64,000 nt of DNA from an uncultured Nitrospinota bacterium (GTDB lineage Bacteria > Tectomicrobia > Entotheonellia > J063 > CAVPRW01). The first letter of the stretch is position 1. The number at the start of each line of letters is the position of its first letter. Both the position numbers and the translations under genes were made by a program. The stretch covers positions 1 to 64,000 of the forward strand of contig CAVPRW010000012.1 in NCBI GenBank assembly GCA_963707985.1. The letters run 5' to 3'. Below are positions 22,209 to 32,939 of this stretch, in pieces. A model generated the notes under the pieces. The model did no database searches. It saw only the letters and a list, made by a program, of their open reading frames with translations, and was not told where the DNA came from.

Positions 22209-22741
22209 CGCGCTCCCTCCCTTCCAATCAAGTTTCTGCCGGCATGCTCTAGAGTCAATTCCTCATGAAAGTAACGTACGACAGGAGAATCCCACCCATT
22301 CTCCACAACCTCAAAGTGGAGCATGCGGCTCCCCCCTGCACCTCCTCACCCCATCAGTCATCACCTCAGGGCCGCTGTCGACAAAGCTGTTCGGAGTTGG
22401 CCTGCACCTACGTGTGCTGAGCAGCGAAAAATTTCATCAGCCATATCGCCATGATATATGATACCACGTTAGTATACATCCTCGCAGGTATCCGACGCAC
22501 TCGCACTGGCTGTTTGTGTTACCCGACGGCATTAGCTCTTGGCCGCATGGCGCGGGCGTGCTATAAAGAGAGCGCGATGGGTGCCCCCCGTGCAGGTGAT
22601 GACCGCGAGTCCTTTACGATCATGCCGATCGGTGTAGTATTGGCCCACCTGGCAACCCCATGGCGCGATTCTCGATGCCGTGACTGACAGGATGACGGTA
22701 GCACAGAGCCGCGATTGCTTGCGCTCTAGGGGAAGGATGTC

Positions 22742-23911
22742 ATGATTCCTATCGACGATCCGCGACGGCCGATGTACGAGGAAGTATTCAACCGCCCGGC
22801 GTTTATCCGGGATAATCTGGAGGCCTTGGATGATCTGGTCCGCTCCATTTTGCCGCGCGATGCGTGCCGACGGTGGACACGCGTGCTGTTAACCGGCTGC
22901 GGCGATTCGTATTACGCTGGCCTGGCGAGCGAGCTGGCTTTTGAAATGTGGACCGGTCTTGCCGTAGACGTCCAACCGTCGCTGCAAGGAGGTCGTTATG
23001 CGATTCCGGCGATGACGCCACCCGCCGTGGTCTTCAGTGTGTCTCATTCCGGGCGAGTCTCCAGAACCGTCGAGACCGTAGCGCTGGCCAGGGCGCATGG
23101 CCTGGATAGCGTGGCCGTCAGTGGAAATCCTGACAGCCCGATTGCCCGTGAAGCACAGTGGGTTCTTGCGCGTCAGCTGCAGACGAGTGGGCAAACCCCC
23201 GGCGTGCGCTCATATACCCAGGCCCAACTGCTCCTCATGTTGGCGGCAATCTATATCGGTGAGTGCCGCGAGGTGTTGGATCGGAACCAGGCGACCTCTC
23301 TAAAGCGTACCCTACGTAATACCGCAGATATCTTGGAGGCTAGCCTAGCCGAGACGAATCGCCTGGCGCGGACCTTAGCCGAGCAGTGGCGAGAGATAGG
23401 ACAGTTCCTGATCATCGGCGGCGGACCAAGTTATGCGAACGCCTTGTTTTCGGCGGCGAAGCTGGTCGAGGCCTGTGGCGTCAACGCCATCGCCCAAGAG
23501 CTTGAGGAATGGGCTCACATCCAATTTTTTCTGAAGTCGCCGAACCTGCCTACGCTGCTCATTGCCCCGCCGGGGCGATGCTTCGATCGTGTGCTTGAGC
23601 TGGCGGCGATCATTCAGGGGTTGACTGGCCTCTGCACCGTCGTTGGGATGGACGATGAGACTGCGCTGAGGGAGCACGCGGCGCACTATTTCGGCATCTG
23701 TGGTAGAGTCGATGAAGCGTTTTCGCCCCTACTGACGTCAATGCCAGCAGAGCTGTTGGCGTGCCATCTAGCCTACGTTAGTGAGGAACGTTTCTTTCGG
23801 GCCGATGGCCGTGGTATGGGAGTGGGGCGCGGCCGTATCACCGATAGCCGTATCGTCCGGGATGTCACGGAGTGGTCATCCGGTGTTCGGAGTTCGTCAG
23901 GAAAGCACTGA
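22742..23911 (+). CDS. SIS-domain sugar-phosphate isomerase/deglycase (GlmS C-terminal-like)
   Basis: LTGCGDSYYA, SHSG, AAKLVE, EEWAH; two SIS domains. Confidence 0.85.
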   Translation: MIPIDDPRRPMYEEVFNRPAFIRDNLEALDDLVRSILPRDACRRWTRVLLTGCGDSYYAGLASELAFEMWTGLAVDVQPSLQGGRYAIPAMTPPAVVFSVSHSGRVSRTVETVALARAHGLDSVAVSGNPDSPIAREAQWVLARQLQTSGQTPGVRSYTQAQLLLMLAAIYIGECREVLDRNQATSLKRTLRNTADILEASLAETNRLARTLAEQWREIGQFLIIGGGPSYANALFSAAKLVEACGVNAIAQELEEWAHIQFFLKSPNLPTLLIAPPGRCFDRVLELAAIIQGLTGLCTVVGMDDETALREHAAHYFGICGRVDEAFSPLLTSMPAELLACHLAYVSEERFFRADGRGMGVGRGRITDSRIVRDVTEWSSGVRSSSGKH

Positions 23912-24011
23912 CTACACCTCCTGAGACACGGAGACGAGCGACGTTACCACCAGCCCACAGCCAACCCTATGACTCTGCAGGTCACGCCGCTGTGGGCAAG
24001 CCCCATAAGCC

Positions 24012-24575
24012 TTACTTGTTTGCGCGCTCAATGTATTTCTTGTCCGACGTGTCGACGCGAATGACGTCACCACGATCGATGAATACGGGAACCTGTACCA
24101 CCAGACCAGTTTCTAACGTCGCTGGTTTAGTCGTGCGCGTAGCGGTCGCACCTTTGATGCCGGGTTCGGTTTCAATGACTTCGAGATCGACAGTCATTGG
24201 TAGGTCAATGTTGATCGCTTGCCCCTCATAGAAATCGACCGCAATCTTTGAATTTGGTTTGAGGAACGGGAGGGTATCTTCAAGGGCGTCTTTATTCAGG
24301 AATACCTGCTCATAGGTTTCGGTGTTCATAAAGCAAAATTGATCGCCATCCTGATACAAATACTCCATCTCGTGTTGTTCCAGGGTGGCACGGTCGATAC
24401 GATCCTCTGACCGGAACCGGTTTTCGATAATCGACCCCGTCTTCAGATTGCGCAACTTCGTCTGCACCATGCCGCGCCAGTTCCCGGGTGTGACATGATG
24501 AAAGCTGACGACTTGGTGCAATTCACCGTTATGGATGATGACCATCCCCTTCTTGATCTGAGTCGCCGGAATCAT
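24012..24575 (-). CDS. efp: Elongation factor P (PGNW loop variant)
   Basis: EYLYQDG, FMNTETYEQ, KPATLETG...VPVFI; RBS GGAGG before ATG 24575. Confidence 0.95.
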   Translation of the reverse strand: MIPATQIKKGMVIIHNGELHQVVSFHHVTPGNWRGMVQTKLRNLKTGSIIENRFRSEDRIDRATLEQHEMEYLYQDGDQFCFMNTETYEQVFLNKDALEDTLPFLKPNSKIAVDFYEGQAINIDLPMTVDLEVIETEPGIKGATATRTTKPATLETGLVVQVPVFIDRGDVIRVDTSDKKYIERANK

Positions 24576-24835
24576 GGTAGTGCCTTCCTCCAAAAGCTCA
24601 AGGTCGTGCAAACACGGAGAACGTACAGAAGAGTGTGCTCAGCATCAGGCCTGGCGAGGGCAACAGGTTGGATAGGACATTCACAGTAGAGACATGAATG
24701 CCCACCCCTGGCGCTCGAGCACGGAAGAGGTGGGCAAGCCTTGCATGGCCGCGACAAGAACCGGCTTATCAACTCATGATGTTCACGTCGACTCGGTTCT
24801 GCGGCGCGACCACGCCCATCGACGACGAGGAGAGC

Positions 24836-25321
24836 CTACATGCCAGCGCCACGGCGTGCCCCGCTAGCCTTGCTGGAGCCTGTTCGCATACTTGCCCCGC
24901 CCATGGGCCCGCCCATGATATCCACCATTTTGCTCACTTCACCTGGCTGTCCGGTGTAGCTAACCCTGATCCGATCGCCGACCTTGATCTCATCGAGGCT
25001 GATCGTTTTCCCGCCTCTCGTCAGGGTGGTCCTGGAATCGATATTGATAGGTAGCTCTTCGGGATCTTTCCCTGTGCCATGTCGCATGACGATGAAGCCT
25101 GCTGCCGGACTCACGGCCAACACAGGCCCTTGCAGGATCATCTCGGGTTTGCCGGGGCCCTGCCCCGGCAAACGTGTCGGATTCATCGGGTCGTCTTTGG
25201 ACTGCGCGGCAGCTTGGGTCTTCGCGTGAGACTTTGTATGCGCTGCATCGGCCAGACTGGCAGCGCCAAACAACAAACCGACGACACCTATGAAGACGGC
25301 AACTTTCTGGAAGCTTCCCAT
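24836..25321 (-). CDS. Secreted hypothetical protein with a small OB-fold-like (DUF5666-like) domain
   Basis: Signal peptide ending ADA; G.V.AV...LDEIKVGDRIRVSY; RBS GGAGG. Confidence 0.6.
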   Translation of the reverse strand: MGSFQKVAVFIGVVGLLFGAASLADAAHTKSHAKTQAAAQSKDDPMNPTRLPGQGPGKPEMILQGPVLAVSPAAGFIVMRHGTGKDPEELPINIDSRTTLTRGGKTISLDEIKVGDRIRVSYTGQPGEVSKMVDIMGGPMGGASMRTGSSKASGARRGAGM

Positions 25322-25615
25322 TTGTAGACCTCCTTGCATGATCATCCTCCATGATCCTGTTTCGCCGACCTGCAGAGTGGCAGATTGGATTGACGCTTCT
25401 CCTCGTCACCGCCTCAGCACCGAGGCCCGATTGCTGGTCGCGAATATAACAAGTTGGGGGCCAGATGTCAACCAAGATAGCCTGCTCGCCATCGGCTTGC
25501 AAAGCCGCCAGGCGCATGCTAGAGTTGGGCCTGCCGCGTAGGAACCAGCCTGCTGCCAGTGACGGACGTGGATGGACGGATTCGGCATCATAAACCTTCG
25601 GGAGGAAAGCTAACG

Positions 25616-25924
25616 ATGGCCACATTCATCACGGTGGCAAAGACGGATGAGCTGGCCCCAGGGCAGGGCAAGCTAGTGGTGGTCAAGCACAAGCGCATTG
25701 CGCTGTTCAACGTCGATGGACGATACTACGCCCTCGATGACAGGTGTCCACATCGAGGCGCGCCGTTATCCGAAGGCGAGCTTGAGGGGGAGACTGTGGT
25801 CTGCCCCTGGCATGCCGCTGTATTCGACTTGGCAACAGGGAACGTCATCCAACCTCCAGCAGCGGGTAGGGTCGCTACGTATGCTGTACGCCTCAATGGT
25901 GAGGAGATCGCCATCGCGGTGTAG
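25616..25924 (+). CDS. Rieske [2Fe-2S] ferredoxin
   Basis: CPHRG...CPWH; RBS GGAGG. Confidence 0.93.
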   Translation: MATFITVAKTDELAPGQGKLVVVKHKRIALFNVDGRYYALDDRCPHRGAPLSEGELEGETVVCPWHAAVFDLATGNVIQPPAAGRVATYAVRLNGEEIAIAV

Positions 25925-26182
25925 ACGGGTTTCTCGCGGTAGGAGCATTTTACGGCACCCTTCTTCAGGCGGTTGTGACCGGTAGCCACCCCCTGACACC
26001 TCTCCTGAGGCACTGACGAACGTGTCCCGTAAAGTTCAATCGCTTTCCATGCATGCCGCCAGCGCGATTCAGGAGCCGCCGATGGAGGACAAACCTCGCT
26101 GGATTTGACGCTGCTGACTTGAAACGCCTTCAAAGAAGGCCTGGGTCCAAACGAATTGCGCCTGGAGCAGGAGGATGAGGGT

Positions 26183-26503
26183 ATGCAATGGCTGCGAGGT
26201 GGGCATCGCTGGATGGGAGCGCTGCTCGTCATCGGACTGCTAGTGGGTTGTGCCTCGACACCGGAGAAACGCAGCACCGGGGAGGTCATCGATGATGCGA
26301 CCATCACGACCAAGGTCAAGGCCAACCTACTCGCTGACCCGATGGTGAGCTCATTTGCCATCAGCGTGGATACGTCACGGGGGGTCGTGAGCCTCACTGG
26401 TATTGTGAACAGTGCTGGAGAACGCGCGCAAGCGATTCAAGTCGCACAAGAGACCGGTGGGGTGCGGCGGGTCGATGCACGTAATCTGTTCATCAAACAA
26501 TAA
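26183..26503 (+). CDS. BON-domain lipoprotein
   Basis: Lipobox LVGC; DDATITTKVKANL...GVVSLTG. Confidence 0.9.
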   Translation: MQWLRGGHRWMGALLVIGLLVGCASTPEKRSTGEVIDDATITTKVKANLLADPMVSSFAISVDTSRGVVSLTGIVNSAGERAQAIQVAQETGGVRRVDARNLFIKQ

Positions 26504-26640
26504 ATTTTCCAGCTCTGGGTCGATCGACACGGGTTCGCTGCCAGTGGTGGCACCTGGCGTGTAGGATGTTCACCGAACCGTGACGCGCGCCAGTGGTCCG
26601 ACCCAGATTCACACTCGAAGGTGTGCCCATCGCTCTCGAC

Positions 26641-26830
26641 TTATGCCTCGATGAGGATCTCGTGTACCACGTCAGGGGCCTCCGGGTCATAGGCCAGATC
26701 ACTACTGGCGACCAAGAGCATGGGCCGAGTCCCCAGATTCTGAATGGCATGAGCAATACCGGGCGGAATGGTGAATCGAGTCACCACACCATCCGGGAGC
26801 ACGGCATCCTGCACCCCCTGCCCACAAGAC
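26641..26830 (-). pseudogene. Cupin-domain C-terminal fragment
   Basis: FTIPPGIAHAIQNLGTRPMLLV...* with no recognisable N-terminus. Confidence 0.5.
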
Positions 26831-27104
26831 GTGCAGATTTCCTGCGCAATGTAGCCAGCTCCCTCTCAAGGCTGATTCGGCCCATCAAGAGCGTGCTTCC
26901 ACCAACTTGCAGGATGCGCGGCCGGCGCGACAGGCTACGATGCTCCTCTGACGGGTATCGTCTGTGCACGTTCAGGATCGTTTCGTTCATGGTCTCAACC
27001 AGCCTAATGGGACTTTGATACAATTGCTTCGGATAAAATAGCATACAGACGGCAGAGAAGGCACCCGAAAACAGTTGTCGAGATGATCGAGGTGACAAGG
27101 CCTG

Positions 27105-27389
27105 ATGACTACTCCAGGGCATCATAACGAGGTTGTCTTGGTGGGGGATATCCGCGAGGTATACACGGACGAGAATGGCGCGGTCATTGGCGTGATTCTC
27201 GTGGTCAATGCCGACGAGCCATGTGAAGTGCCAGTCATGTTTCCTGGGGCTCGAACGGGAATGTCGGTGGGGGATCGTTTGTGGGCACGCGGTCGGTTGG
27301 CGTTCGAGCCGATGCCGAATCGCCGAGAGTCGCTCCTTTTTGTACAGGCGCGGTGGATTGAGCCGGTAGCGCGTCTGAGAGGAGCCTAG
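27105..27389 (+). CDS. Small SSB/PriB-like OB-fold protein
   Basis: NEVVLVG near the N-terminus and VGDRLWARGRL, as in SSB strands; no acidic tail. Confidence 0.5.
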   Translation: MTTPGHHNEVVLVGDIREVYTDENGAVIGVILVVNADEPCEVPVMFPGARTGMSVGDRLWARGRLAFEPMPNRRESLLFVQARWIEPVARLRGA

Positions 27390-27480
27390 TGGAGAAGACT
27401 GATGCCTGAGCGCAGATGTGCAGGGGAGGCAGGGGGCCAGCCACTGCACATGGAGGTGTTCCCAGGTCATGCGCTTCGAT

Positions 27481-28269
27481 TTAGCCAGCAACAGATGTCC
27501 CGGGGCCCCAGGTAATGCCAAATTCTGCACGTTCGACGACCTGCCCCGTAAAGCTTGCGGCGGTCTGAGTGGCAAGCCAAACTGCCGCGGGAATGATGGC
27601 ATCCGGCTGTTCCATGGGGATGTGGCTTGTCCCTGGCCAGTCCCCGTGGCGATTCATCCAGGTATCCACCCGACCCGGACTGAGGACGTTGACAGCGATG
27701 TTGTAGGGTCGGACTTCCTCAGCCAGGCTGAGAAACATGCGTTCCAGCGCGGCCTTGCTCATCGAATACCCGACTCGTCCCGGTCGATAAGCCCGTGCGG
27801 CCCCCGAGGTGATGCAAAAGATTGATCCTGAACGCTGGGCGATCATACTGGGCAACGCAGCTTTGCAGAGTATGAGCGGCCCACGTACATTTACCGCCAG
27901 GCAACGGTCGAGGAGGTCGACGCCGAGGTCGACCACCGGCGATTCGCAGTCAATCCCAGCGTTGTTCACCACCACATCGAGGCGTCCGAAATGATCTAAT
28001 GTTTGCTCAACCAGATGGTGAATGTCCTTCACCTGCATGACGTCACATCGGATGCCGACGGCCGTGCCGCCGTGCTGCTGTATTCTCTGCACGGTGGTGT
28101 GGATGGTCCCTGCGGCAAATGTCTCGAACGGGGTGCCCGCAGAGGTCTCGACTTCCGTTCGCGCTGCGACCACAACCTTGGCGCCCTGGGATGCCAGGCC
28201 AAGACAGATGGCCCGGCCGATCCCGCGGCTGCCGCCGGTCACGAGTGCCACTTTATTCTGCAACGTCAT
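27481..28269 (-). CDS. SDR-family oxidoreductase
   Basis: TGGSRGIG, NNAG, YSMSK. Confidence 0.95.
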   Translation of the reverse strand: MTLQNKVALVTGGSRGIGRAICLGLASQGAKVVVAARTEVETSAGTPFETFAAGTIHTTVQRIQQHGGTAVGIRCDVMQVKDIHHLVEQTLDHFGRLDVVVNNAGIDCESPVVDLGVDLLDRCLAVNVRGPLILCKAALPSMIAQRSGSIFCITSGAARAYRPGRVGYSMSKAALERMFLSLAEEVRPYNIAVNVLSPGRVDTWMNRHGDWPGTSHIPMEQPDAIIPAAVWLATQTAASFTGQVVERAEFGITWGPGTSVAG

Positions 28270-28472
28270 GATGATTTCCCCCACGGGCGGGTCAACAATA
28301 GAACGCTCTTACGATTGTTGCCGATCGCGGCCTATCCTCTGACCCAGGGCTTTGCTCGCATGGCACGTCCCGGGATCACGGCCTATTGCAGTCTACAGGA
28401 CAATAGTCCATGTAGGTTCGATTCAGCTATGACGACTGGGATGAGTGCCATGACCAGCCTTTGTTGACAAGC

Positions 28473-29645
28473 CTATAGGTTCGACAGGGGAAAGCTCATG
28501 GTCCATTGCGTGCCGGATGCCCGATCAAGCGCTATTGTGCCACCCAGCTGCTCGGTTAAGAGGCACACCAGTTGTAGGCCGAGAGAGTTGGTATGGCGGA
28601 AATCCGTGTCCGCGGGGAATCCGACGCCGGTGTCGCTGACGACCAGGACCATTTGCCCTTCGGCAGTGGCTCGTAGGGCAATGGTGACTTCCCCGCCTCG
28701 GTCGCCCGGAAAGGCGTATTTCAAGCTATTCGAGAGCAGTTCATTCACCAGCAAACCACAAGGAACAGCGTTTCTCACCGCGATCCAGATCGGATCAACT
28801 TGCAGGCTCAAGGTGATGCGGTCCCCTGGGGGGGCATATGCCTGGAAAACCTGTGTACTGAGCCGGTTAATATACTCGGTAGCCGGAATGCGGGCGACGT
28901 TCCTAGCCTGACTCAGGCTCTCGTGCAGGAGCGCCACCGCCTGGATGCGTTGTTGGCTATCCTCGAAGAGTGCGCGCACCTGGGGATCCGCCACCATGTC
29001 GGCTTGTAAGTCGAGGAGGCTAGAGATGACCTGCAGGTTATTCTTGATCCGATGGTACACTTCGGCAAGCAAGACCTCTCTCTCCTGCAGAGCGGCCTGG
29101 AGGCGGGCCTGGCTGTCGCGCAGGTCCTGCTCGATGTGTTGGCGCTGGGAAATGTCGGCTCGCAGCTCTTCAGTGAGGGCGTCGAGCTCAGCGGTGCGCT
29201 CCGCCACTTTGCGCTCCAAGGTGTCCTTAGCCTGCTTCAAGGCGGCCTCAGCCTCTCTCTGAGCGCGCCGCATACCGGCTTTTTCGATGCTTTCCTGCAC
29301 AGCGATGGCGAGCCGGGTGGGGTGGCTCTTCAGCACGTAATCGCTCAGCCCCGCCTTCATCCCTTCCACGGCGATCTCTTCGCTGCCCGAATCTGTGAAC
29401 ATGATCACTGGAATATCCGGATGACTCTTCAAGCACTGGTGGAGAATCGCCAGCCCATCGGCCCATTGGAGCTGATAATCGGTAATCACGACGTCGAAGC
29501 CCCCCTGGGCAAGGACCGCTTCAAAATCCTGGCGGCGGAAGATCTCGACACACTCAAGGGCGTCAAAGCTCCGGCACAAATGGCGCATGAGCAGGTCGCG
29601 ATCCGCTGGATTATCATCGATCAGCAATATTCTCTTCATGCTCAT
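28473..29645 (-). CDS. Receiver domain plus HisKA_2/HWE-type histidine kinase
   Basis: IDDN...ITDYQL receiver; EVYHRIKNNLQ; NELLSNSLKYAF; DTGVG. Confidence 0.92.
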   Translation of the reverse strand: MSMKRILLIDDNPADRDLLMRHLCRSFDALECVEIFRRQDFEAVLAQGGFDVVITDYQLQWADGLAILHQCLKSHPDIPVIMFTDSGSEEIAVEGMKAGLSDYVLKSHPTRLAIAVQESIEKAGMRRAQREAEAALKQAKDTLERKVAERTAELDALTEELRADISQRQHIEQDLRDSQARLQAALQEREVLLAEVYHRIKNNLQVISSLLDLQADMVADPQVRALFEDSQQRIQAVALLHESLSQARNVARIPATEYINRLSTQVFQAYAPPGDRITLSLQVDPIWIAVRNAVPCGLLVNELLSNSLKYAFPGDRGGEVTIALRATAEGQMVLVVSDTGVGFPADTDFRHTNSLGLQLVCLLTEQLGGTIALDRASGTQWTMSFPLSNL

Positions 29646-30690
29646 CTTCCTCCATGGTGCTGAGCTCGATCCAGAACGTGCTCCCGGCGCCCGGCACCGA
29701 CGTCACCCCGACGTGCCCACCCATGAGCTCGATCGCCTTGCGGACGGTCGCGAGCCCTAAGCCAATCCCTGGATACTCTTCCACGCCATGCAGTCGCACG
29801 AAAGGGGTGAAGAGGCGCACCTGGTCTTCTGGGCGGATGCCGATGCCATTATCCGTCACTTCGATGCGGCACACGCCCTGGGCGACGGCCGACGTCATGG
29901 TCACGTGCGGCGACACCCCGGGTGCGACGAAACGCAGCGCATTCTCCAGAAGATTAGTCAGCACGAGCTTGAGCAGCGTCGAGTCGGCCTGGAGCGCTAC
30001 ATGGTCCCCATGGACGTCCACCTGGGCGTCCTGAGCCTTGGTCTCTGCCTGCAGCTGGCGTAGACAGCTGGCGATAACGCTGTGCAACGAGATCCGCCGC
30101 GGCCTGACGGCGTTGTGGCCGAGCCGTCCAAAGTTGAAGAGGGAGGTGATGATGTCTTGCGCCTGGGAGACGGCAGCGGTGATGCGAGACAGACAGTGCT
30201 GCGCCTCATGGCTCGGGGGAGCCGTCACCTGCAACTCCTCCGCGAAGCCTTTAATCACCCGTAGTGGCGCGCGCAGCTCATGAGTCATGGCGTGCAAAAA
30301 AGCTTCCATGTCGGCATGCCGCCGCTGCAACGCCACTGACAGCCGCCGCGCCCGCAGCAGAATTTCCACACGCGCCTGCAACTCCACTTTCTCGATGGGC
30401 CGTAACACCACCTCATCGATGGTGCGCCAGAGATGCCGCGTCACCAGGTCCACCCCGTGGCGAGAGGTGAGCAGGAGAACAGGCAAAAAGAGCGGCTCCT
30501 CAACCTGTTTTCGCGCCCGAACCTGTCCCCACAGCCGATCCAACGCTGGCCCATCGAGGATGGCCAGATCAAACGCTTCCTGCAGAGCTCTATCGGATTC
30601 GGGTATCACCACCTGGTGGTTCTGTTCAAGCCACTCGGCGAGGAGACGACGGTTTTGTCGGTGGTCGAGCAGGAGAAGAATCCGACTCAT
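29614..30690 (-). CDS. Atypical receiver plus HisKA histidine kinase
   Basis: THELRAPL, NLLENALRF, DNGIGI, GIGLGL; receiver has LDH and RP in place of DD and KP. Confidence 0.9.
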   Translation of the reverse strand: MSRILLLLDHRQNRRLLAEWLEQNHQVVIPESDRALQEAFDLAILDGPALDRLWGQVRARKQVEEPLFLPVLLLTSRHGVDLVTRHLWRTIDEVVLRPIEKVELQARVEILLRARRLSVALQRRHADMEAFLHAMTHELRAPLRVIKGFAEELQVTAPPSHEAQHCLSRITAAVSQAQDIITSLFNFGRLGHNAVRPRRISLHSVIASCLRQLQAETKAQDAQVDVHGDHVALQADSTLLKLVLTNLLENALRFVAPGVSPHVTMTSAVAQGVCRIEVTDNGIGIRPEDQVRLFTPFVRLHGVEEYPGIGLGLATVRKAIELMGGHVGVTSVPGAGSTFWIELSTMEEDEHEENIADR

Positions 30691-31079
30691 CCCTCCGTTT
30701 CTCCTGTGTCGACGTCTCCGTCCAACAGACTGCCGATCAGACCCAGCAAGTCCTTCACAATCAGCGGCTTGATCAGGACGCCACGGGCACCGTGGGTGAG
30801 GCTCGCATGCTGGATAGCGGCGCTTTGCCTCGGTGACAGCACGAGGAAGGGGATTTTGTGATGGCGCAGTCCCTCACAACGCTCCCAGATTCCACGGTCG
30901 AAGCCCGCGATGTCGACCAGCGCCAGCCCGATGTCGCTAATCGTCGCAAGTGCCTGGTCGAACTCCTCCAGTGTTGCCGCCGTGCGCGTCTGGTAGCCTT
31001 CCCGCCCCAAGAATTGGCTCAATAGCTCCAGATTCCGGTGGTTACGGTCAACGGCCAGGATTGCAGGTATGGCCTCCAT
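30687..31079 (-). CDS. Single-domain response regulator
   Basis: ILAVDRN...LALVD...VLIKP; RBS GGAGG. Confidence 0.85.
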   Translation of the reverse strand: MEAIPAILAVDRNHRNLELLSQFLGREGYQTRTAATLEEFDQALATISDIGLALVDIAGFDRGIWERCEGLRHHKIPFLVLSPRQSAAIQHASLTHGARGVLIKPLIVKDLLGLIGSLLDGDVDTGETEG

Positions 31080-31092
31080 CCCATCCTCCATT

Positions 31093-32546
31093 TTACCTGG
31101 GGGAGTCAATCCACTCGGGTGTACCGCGTAGAATGCCTCGCAGTCCGGTAAGAGGTTTGCCAACTTTGATACCGTAGCGGGTGATCTCGATCTCGCGCAG
31201 TGTGCGCTCAAAGCTGCTCAGGCGTTTTTTCAAGACGCCGATCGCCCGACGTAGCTCGCCCTGCACTTCGAGGTAGCGCAGGAAAACGATGTTATCTGCA
31301 AGATAGCTGATACCCGCTTCAGTGGCCCGAAAATCGCCAGTGATGGCTTCAACCTCGCTAATCAACAGCACGGCCACACCCATGTTCTGCAAATATTTGC
31401 CCAGCGCATGCAGATGGGTAACCAGGTCCCCAGACCGGAGCGACACTCGGTAGCCGGAGGTACTATCGAGCATCACAATCCGCGTCTTGTGCTCTTCCAC
31501 TTCTCGCCGGACCATGCGGGCAAACTCATCAGGACTCCACTGTAGTGGCTCGACCTGCACTACTGAGAGCGTACCACGTTCAATCATGGCATTGACCGGA
31601 ATGTGGACAGCTTCAGCGCGGTGCAGGAGAGTGTCGATGCGCTCCTCGAAGGTATATACCACGGAGCGCTCGCCGCGGCCCGCGGCCTCTTTCATGAACT
31701 GCAGTCCCAAAGTAGTTTTGCCCACGCCCGTGGGCCCGCTGATGACGCTGATCGTGCCCCGCTCTAGGCCCCCATGCAGCAATTCGTCGAGCTCCGGAAC
31801 CCCCGATGGCAGCGCCTCCTGGACAAACGCCTGCTGAAAGTTGTCCGGAATCAAGCGGGGAAAGACTTCCGCCCCGGCGGCGCTCAGCTTCATGGTGTGC
31901 AGGCCACTGCGGAAATCGGCGCCCCGAAACTTGCTGACGCCGAGTGTGCGCCCTTCAGCGGCAAAATCCAGGTGGATCACGCCATCGGCCATGAACTGCA
32001 GATCGTCATCGGGAGCTTCTGCGCCGGCCTCGGAGGTAAAGAGTACCGTTGCCCCCTGCTCGATAAGAAAGCGCAGAAATGACAGCGCCTGCTTGCGAAA
32101 CTGGAATTCATCGGAAGCCAGATAACGGAACTGCGTCATGGCGTCCAGGAAGACCCGCTTGGGCTTGAGCACGTCGACCTGGGCAATGATCTGTTGGGTC
32201 ATGGGTTCACGTTCCACCTCGGCCGGAGCGAAAATGTCATAGCTTTGTACCTCAGTGAAGAAGGCAGAGGACGGGACTCAAGTCGAGAAACGTCACACCT
32301 TCCAGATTGAACCCAATGGTCTTGGCGTTTTTGCGGATCTGCTCTTCAGGTCTCCCCCATCGTGATGAATAAAGGCTTTTCCACACGGGGGTCACCGCAG
32401 GTCAGAAAGTGCAGTCCGATGGTAGTCTTACCGGCCCCTGGCCCCCCACGCAAGAGATAGGCCCGAGCGGGAACGAGCCCACCTCCAAGAATTTCATCTA
32501 GCCCTGCAATGCCTGTCGAAAGACGCATTGAGATGTCGTCTGTCAT
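31093..32546 (-). CDS. KaiC-like double-domain RecA-family ATPase (two extra bases near 32350 and 32275)
   Basis: STGIAGLDEIL, GGPGAGKT, SKFRG, GPTGVGKT, ISYLADN, KKR; the linker reads through after removing two single bases. Confidence 0.9.
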
Positions 32547-32939
32547 TGTAAAAACCTCCAGGTGGCGAGGGCACCTCGATATAGTTCTAAAGCGGTAAAT
32601 TCCGCTCCTCTACGGGGATCATCAGCCTACGGCAGACAATAGACATTCCCTGGCCGAGGTAGGTCAGCCAACGCCTGATGAGCATCCTCAACCGCGGTAG
32701 CCACATATCACAGATACCCGCCACATGATACCATAATTCTTCGAAACTGCATGTTTGGGGAGATACTTACAGATCTGCAATGGCATATTGGCGTAAGACT
32801 TGAGGATAAGCATAGCGCACAGGTGCGGAAGCGTCAAAAAATGTCACAGGGAGCGAAATATTTGGTAAAATCGTTGTCGGAGTCGTACATCGCAGCCGCC
32901 GTCACTAATCGTTCGCAGTGTGAGACAGGAGGTTCGCTC

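Noticed and set aside
26010..26040. Hammerhead-like CTGACGA motif
   Set aside because: The GAAA core after stem II and the flanking stems are missing.
31093..32546. Circadian clock locus
   Set aside because: No kaiA or kaiB, and the ST phosphosite pair is not conserved.
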